Position numbers and translations under genes: made by a program | In this document: piece after piece, positions 12,301 through 24,300 of the stretch | Numbering within the stretch: position 1 is the first letter of the stretch | Layout of the letters: each line of letters opens with the position of its first letter | The notes under the pieces: model-generated | What the model was told of the DNA's origin: nothing | The model's input: only the letters and a program-made list of their open reading frames with translations | Databases searched by the model: none | Assembly: GCF_964355755.1 (NCBI RefSeq) | Contig: NC_092676.1 | Location: 2,795,788 to 2,859,787, forward strand | From: Antedon mediterranea | Taxonomy: Eukaryota; Animalia; Echinodermata | Length of the DNA: 64,000 nt | Direction: 5' to 3'

Positions 12301-15300
12301 GGTGTTCTTTGCCATGCTGATGCAGGGTAGGGCTTGACAAACTATTCCATAAGCATTCCATAGAGTAAAGCTTTATTATAAAAGATTTTTGCTATACAGT
12401 ACAACTGTCGTACACTCTTGTCAACTTAAATATATTGTAAAAGAATTGTTACCCTAATGTATGTCTAGCAAGGACCCCAGTTAAATTAATTGAAAAAAAT
12501 GTTAGTAAAGTATGGTTTTACATACAGTAGTTGCACCATTTCTGTTGTTATACAACAATAATATGTTGATAAAGATATATTACTAATTCTGTAACTGGTA
12601 GATTACGATAGAGTGGTATCGCACACCATTTCTGTACTTTATTTATTTATTTATTTATTTATTCAATTTCTGCCATAAACATAAGAAGACAAAACAATTA
12701 TAAAAGGAGGCACGGAAAGACCAAACAGGTACTAAACACCTATGCTAGTTGGTCAACCCAGAACAGAGAAAAATAAATAAATTACGTTCTACAATAAAAG
12801 CATCGACAAGAAAGCGACCAACTACACACATTTTCAATATCAAAATTATTTAAAAAATAAATATTGAGATAATTAAGTAATTTGGTTTTAAAAGAACTAA
12901 CAGAAATATTTACTTATACAATAATAATCATTGATTTTAATTAATGTTAATAATGTTACTATTTCTGCAACTGATAGATTATGATAGTGGTATCGCACAC
13001 CATTTCTGTACTTATACAATAATAATCATTGATTTTAATTAAAGTATGTTACTATTTCTGCAACTGATAGATTATGATAGAGTGGTATCGCACACCATTT
13101 CTGTACTTATAAATACAATAATAATCATTGATTTTAATTAAAGTATGTTACTATTTCTGCAACTGATAGATTATGATAGAGTGGTATCGCACCACATACA
13201 ACATAATGATTACAAATCTGCCCTTGATGTGCTCAACAAACCTCAAGATGACCAACTCTTTTACAAGTTCTCTCCAGTACTCATGCAGCACATTCCAAAA
13301 GCATTGGTAGATGCATGGATTCTGATGAAGAAAAAACTTGACCCTAAGAAACTGATACCATCACTTGTACAGTATGACCACAGTGTACAAACTAACCAGG
13401 TAAAATACAATATCATCATCTTAAATGCTACTCGTCGTTAGACATTGCGTGTCTCTCTTGTGTTCACCACTCTGAAAGTTTTTGAGCAAGCAGGTGTATA
13501 TAGTAGGTCCGCATGTGAAAAGTTCTGTTTCCTTTTTGATGTTGGCTTTCAGTCTTCCTTTTGGTCTTTTGCTGCGATCTTACAAACATTGTATTAGGTG
13601 ACCATTATTATTCTTTTTTTCTTGTCCACCATCCAACAATTTATAAATTACAGTTGAACTATTTGTGTATACTTTGATTGGCATTAAAAGTTGGCATACA
13701 AAGCCAAATCTTTCACTCGGCTTGCCTCATCAAGATCAACATCTCTCTCACTCGTCACCAACTTCTCTCCAGTGTTCAGGTGTGAACTGTGTTTGGAAAA
13801 ATGCATTTATTGTTTGTTTTACAGACAAATGAAGCAATACGTTACTTGGAGTTCTGTATTGTTGAACTGGTCAACCAAGAGCCTGCAATTCATAATTATC
13901 TGTTATCACTGTACGCTAAATATCAACCAAACCAACTCATGAACTATCTCAGCAGACAAGGAGATGTAAGTTTGTTTTGTTTGTTTGTTAAGGTTGTTTT
14001 TCTTTGCAGTTGAAAACGACGTTATTTTTTCACTCATTCGTTTCTCTATTTCTTTTCGTTTCTTCTTTCTAGATTGCAGAGAACGTTCCATATGATCTGA
14101 AGTACGCTCTACGTTTATGTGCCGAGCATAACCACAAGAGGGCGTGTGTACATATATACACAACGATGGGACTGTATGAGGAGGCTGTGGAACTAGCACT
14201 AGAGGTTAGTTCACAGAAATGGGAAGGAAGAGTCAAATAGAGAGTTTCCGCCTTTAGCCATTTCACTTGTTGCCACTTCTTACTTTCGGGCATTCCCTAC
14301 ATTTGGACATTTCCTACACATTTGGGCATTCCCTACATTTGGACATTTCCTACACTTTTGGGAATTCCCTACATTTGGACATTTCCTACACTTTTGGGCA
14401 TTCCCTACATTTTGCCATTTCCTACACTTTTGGTCATTCCCTACATTTGGTCATTTCCTACACTTTTGGGAATTCCCTACATTTGGACATTTCCTACACT
14501 TTTGGGCATTCCCTACATTTGGCCATTTCCTACACTTTTGGGCATTCCCTACATTTGGACATTTCCTACACTTTTGGGAATTCCCTACATTTGGACATTT
14601 CCTACACTTTTGGGCATTCCCTACATTTGGCCATTTCCTACACTTTTGGTCATTCCCTACATTTGGTCATTTCCTACACTTTTGGGAATTCCCTACATTT
14701 GGACATTTCCTACACTTTTGGGCATTCCCTACATTTGGCCATTTCCTACACTTTTGGGCATTCCCTACATTTGGTCATTTCCTACACTTTTGGGAATTCC
14801 CTACATTTGGACATTTCCTACACTTTTTGGCATTCCCTACATTTGGCCATTTCCTACACTTTTGGTCATTCCCTACATTTGGCCATTTCCTACACTTTTG
14901 GGCATTCCCTACATTTGGCCATTTCCTACACTTTTGGGCATTCCCTACATTTGGCCATTCCCTACATTTGGCCATTTCCTACACTTTTGGGCATTCCCTA
15001 CATTTGGCCATTTCCTACACTTTTGGGCATTCCCTACATTTGGCCATTTCCTACACTTTTGGGCATTCCCTACATTTGGCCATTTCCTAGTTTTTGGCAT
15101 TTCCTACATTTGGACATTTCCTACACTTTTGGGCATTCCCTACATTTGGCCATTTCCTACACTTTTGGGCATTCCCTACATTTGGCCATTTCCTACACTT
15201 TTGGGCATTCCCTACATTTGGCCATTTCCTACACTTGGCCATTTCCTACACTTTTGGGCATTCCCTACATTTGGCCATTTCCTACACTTTTGGGCATTCC

Positions 15301-18300
15301 CTACATTTGGCCATTTCCTACACTTTTGGGCATTCCCTACATTTGGCCATTTCCTAGTTTTTGGCATTTCCTACATTTGGACATTTCCTACACTTTTGGG
15401 CATTCCCTACATTTGGCCATTTCCTACACTTTTGGGCATTCCCTACATTTGGCCATTTCCTACACTTTTGGGCATTCCCTACATTTGGCCATTTCCTACA
15501 CTTTTGGGCATTCCCTACATTTGGCCATTTCCTACACTTTTGGGCATTCCCTACATTTGGCCATTTCCTACACTTTTGGGCATTCCCTACATTTGGCCAT
15601 TTCCTTGTTTTTGGCATTTCCTAGTTTTGTACTTTCCTATAATTTTGGGTATTTCCTACACTTTTGGGCATTTCCTAGTTTTTTGGCATTTCCTAGTTTT
15701 GGCCATTTCCTACACTTTTGGCCATTCCCTACACTTTTGGACATTTCCTATACTTTTGGGTAATTCCTAGTTTTTGACACTGTAGTAATACATTGATTGA
15801 ATAAAATGTTGACCATTAAATGATTATAATTCAAAAACTATTTTCTTTATTGTAGGTTGATGTTGACCTTGCAAAACTCAATGCGAACAAGCCTGAAGAT
15901 GACGAGGAATTGAAGAAGAAACTGTGGTTACGCATCGCACGGCACGTCGTAGAGAAAGAGAACAACATAAAGCGAGCCATGGAATTCTTACAAGAAAGTG
16001 AACTGTTGAAGATTGAAGATATACTTCCATTCTTTCCAGACTTTGTAACTATTGACCATTTCAAGGTAAAATGCTAAGTGACAGTAAATATCGAAGAATG
16101 AGCAATTTGTGATTTTGAATTGGAAAATTATAACAAAGCATGGATGCCTGCCCTCATGAGGCCGGATGTGTAATATTCTTTAAATACATGAGAGACGTTT
16201 CTAGTAACACAATGCTTTTATTCTTTAGTTATTCGACATCATTGTTATCACAATCATTCGTGAGGTCTTCTATACTGAAGCCATGTTTTAGCGCTATGTT
16301 CCCTTTGGGTATCCTACATACTATAGAGGGCGACATCATAATATATGGTGCCATCATATAACATCCCTCTTCTTTAATTACTCATAATGGTGTACAAATA
16401 TAATTAAACTGTGGGTCTCATTTATCAATCATATTACAATCATAATAAAACAATTATAAGTTTTATTTACAAATCTAATCTATTTGGTTTCTTAATTTTT
16501 CTGCCACTGCTAGAGCATGATGATGGTTTGTGTTCTATAGTCTTGTAATGAGTAAGTGGTGTTTCTAGTATTATGTGTGTAAAGTGTTCGTTTGTTTTGC
16601 GGATGTGTGTTCGGTTTCTTCTTAGTGTTTTCTGGTTTTCTGTCAGTACTCTGTACGAATATGGACTTGTTTTGTTTAGTATCTTCGCTGGGATCCACTG
16701 TGGGTTTTTGTCAGAGTGTCTGATTCTCACGCTTTCTCCTCTCTTTATTTGTTGAAGTGGTTTTGTATTTTCATCATGATATTGCTTCTGTTTGTCTTGT
16801 CGGTTTTTTAGTCGATTTCTTATTTCTTTTCTGGTTGGCATTTTTTCATTGTTTGTTGGAAGTTCTGTTTTTAGTCCTCTGTGAAATATCATCATTCCGG
16901 GTGAGGCAAGTTTTGAGTCAACTGGAGTTGCTCGCATGTATAGTAAAGCTTTATCAACATCTGTGTTGTTGTGCTGAGCTTTGATGATGGTTGACTTTAT
17001 CTCTTCGAATGCTTTTTGTTGTGAGCCATTCCATTCAAATACATTATCTTTTTTCAGAAGTTCTCGGAGGGGTGCTGTTTTGTCTGACAGCTTGGGACAG
17101 AAGGGACTCATATACGTGGCGATGCCTAGGAAACTTTGTGACTCTTTAACATTCGTTGGTGGTTTTATTTTGCTGATGGCTTCAATGCGCTTTGGGTCAG
17201 CATGTACTCCATCTTTATCATATATCATACCAAAGAAATTTATTTGCGGTCGCTTTATTTCACATTTCTCTGCATTGAATACAAGCCCATATTCTCTAGC
17301 GGTTTCCATCAGGTCCATTAAGTTTCGATCATGTTGTTCTTCTGTTTTCCCAAATACAGCAACGTCATCTACGATGCCTGTGGCTCCGATGCATTTCTCC
17401 AATATTTGATCCATCTTATGTTGAAAAACGTCTTGGCTGACATTCAGTCCAAATGGTAATCTTAGGAATCTGAATCTTCCAAACCCTGGAGTGTTAAATG
17501 TGGTAAGATAACTGGATTCTTTGTCAAGTCTTATGGACCAATATCCATGTCGTGCATCTAGTTTAGAGAAAAACTTTGCCCCACTAAATTTATGTGTTAT
17601 CTCATCTAGGGTTGGTGTGTGATGGTATGTGCGTTTTATAGCTTTGTTTAAGTCCTTAGGATCTAAACATATCCGCCATCTCCCATTTGGTTTCTGTGAG
17701 TAGGCCAAACTTGAAACCCAATCCACTGGTTTCTCTACTTTCTGTATGACATTTAATCTCATCATTTCATCCAACTCAGCCTTTATGTCATTTTTTATCG
17801 CTAATGGACATGACCTTGGTGCGTGTATGACAGGTGGTACCGTTTCGTCTATAACTATTTTGTACGTACCCTCAAACTTGCCAATGCCTTCAAATCTGTC
17901 TGGATAGAGTCTTTTTATGTCCTCTACATCCTTGATTTTGTCATTTACTTCGACTGCACAGTTTATCTGTATTATCTTCAGAGTCTTTAGCGTCGGTAGT
18001 CCCATTATAGCTGGTCCCTGTACCTCTGCAATATAAAACTTTGCATTTGTGTGTAAGTTATTGAAGTAACATGGGATGTGTATGTAACCATAATGTTTGA
18101 TTTGTGCTCCGTTATACGCTGTGACTTTTACATTAGATTTGTTAACATATCTATCATTAGGTACATTATTGCTCATGTTTTTAGGAAACATAGCTCTATA
18201 CATTCTCAGTGGTAATATATTACCCTCTGCACCTGTATCTACTTTTACTTTCAGGAAAGTTGGTTTGTTACGGTTTATTTCAATTTTGACATTTGTGAAC

Positions 18301-21300
18301 ACTTCTGTGTCACCATCTTTAGCGTTTATCTGGCTTATTTTAATTGCTTCAAATGTAATATTAGATTCATCTTCACTGTCGCAATCGCTATCATTGCTTT
18401 TGTTTATACCATGCACGTTTCTCTTACTTCTGTTAGGTGCATTTGTATATTTGCCCTTTTGTTTGTCATTACGTTTTGACCTACATGCTCTACTAAAATG
18501 ATTTTTCCTACCACAATTATTGCAGGACATGCCAAAAGCTGGACATTTACCATATTCATGTGATCTAGTGCATCTTGAGCATGGTTTACTTTTATCTCTA
18601 TCTTTGGTTCTATCATGTTTATAATTATTAGACATACCTAATTGATCTACCGCTACTTGGTGATCAGCTTTGAGCTCTTTCCCTAAATTTCTCGACGCTT
18701 CTGATGCCTTACATATTTTCATGCACTTATCTAAATTTAAATCATCTTCTCTAAGCAATCGTTCACGCAATTGATTGTCCAATAGTCCACAAACAATTCT
18801 ATCCCTGATGAGGGATTCCTCAATTTCACCAAACTCACATGTCTTGCTCTTGTTCTTTAGGTCGGTCACATATTGGTCTATCTTCTCACCTGGTATCTGG
18901 TTTCGTGAAAAGAAAGTGTGTCGTTCAAATGTAATGTTTTTCTTGGGGTTGCAATATTCCTCAAATTTGTGCATAACTGTGTTTAATCTCATCTTCCCAG
19001 CTTCATTTTCAAATTTAAATGCGTTATATACATCTAAGCCTTGTTGCCCAATAGTATGGAGTAGTAATGACGTTTGCGTTTCACTTGGTTTTCGTGACAT
19101 TCCACTGGCAATGTTATATAGTTCAAATCTCTGTTTGAATCTCTTCCAATTCTCTGATATGTTGCCTGTCGATATATTTAATGGTTCTGGCTGATTTAGG
19201 TTCGCCATGATCAATATTAATTTTTAATATTGTCAGTTGTTGTATACAGTTGTAACAAAATGTGTATGGGCTATTTTTTGCCTTCTGCTATCCGAATACA
19301 AAATCAAATTCAGTTCTCTCCGCACGTGTGTACTCTCAACAACAGGTTTTACTAATCTATTCGTGCGGCGGCGTGTACGCTAGCCTATTTATTCTTCTAG
19401 CCTAGTATAGCTTATCGATTGACTTTATTATATATTTCAATCCTACCGTTGCCACCATGTAATATTCTTTAAATACATGAGAGACGTTTCTAGTAACACA
19501 ATGCTTTTATTCTTTAGTTATTCGACAGATGTAGAAATTGTATAGAACTAAACTAAGCTGATCTGTCCTATAAATATACAGCTCTTTGACCTCTTGTGAA
19601 TATTTTAATGTGTAAACATGTCTGAATGCTTGTTTGATTGAAGGCTGTTTCAGAGAAATTAGTCTAAAAACATATTTTTTTTATGGAAAATCCCTGTTCT
19701 AACTTACCATTACCATACCATGATTGATGACTTATTTTATTTTGGTCCATAATTATATGCAAAAGGTCATGTCTAGGTCATGAGTATCAAGTACTATATC
19801 TTTTATCTACTTATAATTGAATATCAAGTTTTCACATGAAACTAGTTTCCAATCTGTCGTCTCAAATCATGATGAGATGTGTAACGTTCGAATATTTAAA
19901 CTTTTTAATTTTGATAGGAAGCAATTTGTAATTCACTCGCTGAATATAATCAGCACATAGAGACCCTGAAGCAGGAAATGGAAGATGCCACTGAGAGCGC
20001 TCGATCTATCAGATCTGACATTCAAGAAATGAGGAACAAGTCGGTCATCTTTTTTTATATTTAAAGCTCTGTCTACACTATCAAACTAGTTTGACAAAAA
20101 ATGTGGTGTGTCCAAATATGTAGTAATCTTTTCTAATTTAAATCATTTTTATCTAATATTTGAAAATATTAACCTACTCTCTATTAATTAATATATACAC
20201 ACCTTACAATAAAATATTTAAAAAAGAAGATGTAGTTTCAATAAAGTTAATTACATCCGTAGAAAAAAAAGGGCAAATTTTTGGTTAAAGTGGATAACTA
20301 TTATGTGAAATTAAAATGGCATATTCAACAACAAAAATAAAAAATCTTTAATGCAATCCAAGTATATAAGTCCAACCCTACTTTTGCCAAACTTTGTATC
20401 CAGGCCCCCAAGGTCTCCATGTCAACATAAAGAAAGATTACTCTAACTTTGTTTTCTATTTTGCTAGGTATGGCATTGTAGGCCCACAGCAGAAGTGTTC
20501 AACGTGCAGCTTTCCTCTTCTAAGCAGAACGTTTTATCTGTTTCCCTGCCAACACATGTTTCATAGCGATTGTCTTATTGCAGAGGTATATTAAATAAAT
20601 ATTGGGGAAAAAAAAAGTATCCAAGTTGTTTAAATTTCTAAAATTACTTTTACCAACATGTTCACATTTACTATGTACTACAGTAATTTACAGAAATTGC
20701 TATAAATAAATTCTAGGCCTAGCCATCTACTGTATCATATATTTATAAAGTTCTGTGTGCACTATCAAACTTTATGTGACAAAAAAATGTGATGTACCCA
20801 TATATGGACATGATGATGTCATATCACTACCATATTTGAGCATATAACTACCATATTTGAGCATATCACTACCATATTTGAGCATATCACTACCATATTT
20901 GGGCCATCACACTTTTTTTTTGCGCCAAACTAGTTTGATAGTGTAGACAGAGCTTCACACTCCCCAGTTTTAAAACTAATTAATAAATTCTCAACAAATA
21001 TACACTAAATATTAAATGTGACGCGTGCCACAAAGTGTATGTATGCCATCATAATTTATGAATTAATTTATCGATAAATTGATCATTATGTTTCTTCAAA
21101 TGTATGCCTTCAATTATGATTAATAATATTAATAAACATTAAATGATGAATCAGATACATATGTCACACCAAGCCTACTACTGTCACATTACATTTGTCA
21201 ATCTGCTTAAATTAGTCTATAATTCAATGATTTTGCATTTCTTTTTTATGTCATGTAATTGATTGATTGGGTAATGTATATATTTCCAAGGTTTCGTATG

Positions 21301-24300
21301 TCTTTATTCTGTCAGAAGTATTCATTATAAAATTTTGCTAATTTATGTTTGTGTGGTCTATACATACATATAGGTTTATTCAGGAACATATTTTTGTTTC
21401 AGGCCAATGCATGAACTAAAAAAATAATCAGTCATTTCTGTATATTGTATCATTTGTTGACTACTCAAATTAAAGGCTGGCCCAAACACTACTCCAATTA
21501 TGGACCACTCCTAATTAGAGTTCACTCCTAATTAGAGTTCACTCCTAATTAGAGTTCACTCCAATTATATACTGTATCACTCTAGTTTCGATCACTAAAA
21601 TTATATATTACTCCACTTACAGACAAGTCCAAAAATAGATAATTGCAATTATACTTTAAAACAACTTTAAATATAGATCACTATAAATCTAAATATAGAT
21701 CACTATAAATCTAAATATAGACAACTCCAAATATAGACTATTCAAATATAGACCATTCCAAAAATAAACCACTCCAAATATAGACCACTCCAAATATAGA
21801 CAACTCCAAATATAGGCAACTCAAATATAGACCATTTCAAATATAGACCATTCCAAATATAGACCATTCCAAATATAGACCATTCCAAATATAGACCACT
21901 CCAAACATGGACCACTCCAAACATGGACAATTCCAAATATAAACTATTCCAAATATAGACCACTCCAAATATAGGCAACTCAAATATAGACTATTCCAAA
22001 TATAGACAACTCCAAACATGGACCACTCCAAATATAGACAACTCCAAATATAGACAACTCCAAATATAGACTATTCCAAATATAGACCACTCCAAATATA
22101 GGCAACTCAAATATAGACTATTCCAAATATAGACAACTCCAAACATGGACCACTCCAAATATAGACAACTCCAAATATAGACTATTCCAAATATAGACCA
22201 CTCCAAATATAGACAACTCCAAATATAGACTATTCCAAATATAGACCACTCCAAATATAGGCAACTCAAATATAGACTATTCCAAATATAGACAACTCCA
22301 AATATAGACAACTCCAAATATAGACCATTCCAAATATAGACCACTCCAAATATAGACCATTCCAAATATAGACCATTCCAAATATAGACCACTCCAAATA
22401 TAGACCATTCCAAATATAGACCATTCCAACGATAAACAACTCTAAAAATAGACCACTGCAATTATTATTAAGCCATTCCAAATACACTTAAAAAAATAAC
22501 ATATTTGTCTTTCAATTTCTTTTAAAGCTTGTCATCATTTATGCGATATTTTGATAAATTAATCTTTATTTAATATTTATAAATTAATTTTTTCCTACTT
22601 TATGTCTACTTCTGTCATTGTATGATTTACTTTTCCAGGTTTTGCCGAATCTTAGCGAGAGCAAAAAATCGAAAGTGGAGGAGCTACAGCGTCGCCTTGT
22701 CACCTTTGCTATGCAGCCAGCTACGTCGTCGGCTAATCTGTCAGGCGGGACGACGCCAGACGTCGTCTCAAGACGAGACCTGCATGATCAACTACGAAAC
22801 GAACTTGATGACATCATCGCAGCTGATTGTGTTAATTGTGGAGAGATTATGATTAGGTATGATTTTGATATTTTTTGCGAACACTGTCTATTACACAAGT
22901 ATTATGTATAACCTCCTATTCACCTTCTCCTCCCCCCTCCCCCAACTTCAATTTGCCTAGACCACCCTAAATATCAGTTTCTCCTACAAAATAGTTGAAG
23001 GGTTACCTTTCCTTAAATATGGGTTTAAAAAAAAAAAAATGATCTATTTAAGTAAATATTACAATTGAGATTTGAACCTAAGATCATCATGGTACCATAC
23101 AACAAGACCAATGATCTTGTTGCTTTAGGTAATTCCTGTATTCTGGAAGATTGCTAACCAAAAAAAAAAACATCCCTGATCTATTGATCTAAGGTCACAA
23201 TTAAGATTTGAACTCATGACTGCCATTTTATTAACCTGACGCCATACCACAAGACCACTAATCTTGTTGATTTAATACTGCAAGAGTGATAATCACACAA
23301 AACTCTCATAATCAAATTGGATTAAACTGGGACTTCAACCCATCACATCCAGTGTTAACAAGACCACTGAAGTTCCAGTGATCACTAGTGCCATGAACAT
23401 AACTTTTAATATTTCTTAAACTTCTAAAATGTTCACATTTCATTCAGTTAATATAAATTGTTTATCTAATTTGTAAAGCTTATTACATGGTTATCTCACC
23501 AATTTGTTATACATAGAATTGAGAAAATTGACATATCCATATCACTAGTAATAACATCATCAAAGAAATTATTTGATAGTAGTTTTTATTACTCGGTCTA
23601 TTTCGTATGTCACATCATTATTGCTGAAATGAATTTGAGCACTGAAGACCAAGTTTATTATTATTATATAGCATCCGCATCAGTAATAGAATACTATATT
23701 TTATTACTGATGACCCTGTGACCTGCTTTCACAAATAACTTAATATACATAATAAGCACCTGTGTTATTTGATTAATTATAATATTTATTGTGAACAACA
23801 TTCCTTAGAATTCTATAATCTAAGTATTAAATTAGTAATAAATGTACCAATGCTGTCAAAAAAAAAGATTAATAAAAAAAAATTAAATGATATACTGTCA
23901 TGTACAAAAATATAAAAAATTTCCATATTAGTGGCACAACTCTATGATTCTGACAGTAAGAATAAAATGTAATACATGTACTATTTAAATTTAAAATATC
24001 AAAGTATAAATAATAAAAATGATTATACAGTTTAAGGAGGTCAAATGGTATACTGTCATGTACAAAATAATAAAAAATAAAAAATTTCCATATTAGTGGC
24101 ACAACTCTATGATTCTGACAGTAAGAATAAAATGTAACTACATGTACTATTTAAATTTAAAACATCAAAGTATAAATAATAAAAATTATTATACAGTTTA
24201 AGGAGGTCAAATTGTATACTGTCATGTACAAAATAATAAAAAATAAAAAATTTCCATATTAGTGGCACAACTCTATGATTCTGACAGTAAGAATAAAATG

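Noticed and set aside
14267-15770. 498-aa and 482-aa ORFs
   Set aside because: Translations of a stop-free 36-bp minisatellite inside a VPS18 intron; open in several frames with no coding signature
16573-19194. Plus-strand ORFs of 60-142 aa over the Gypsy element
   Set aside because: Antisense shadows of the gag-pol ORF
16467-19214. Domesticated retrotransposon gene
   Set aside because: LTRs, PBS, PPT and TSD are intact and the LTR overlap is identical, so this is a recent insertion
21742-22487. Several Trp/Tyr-rich ORFs
   Set aside because: Products of the 17-bp minisatellite
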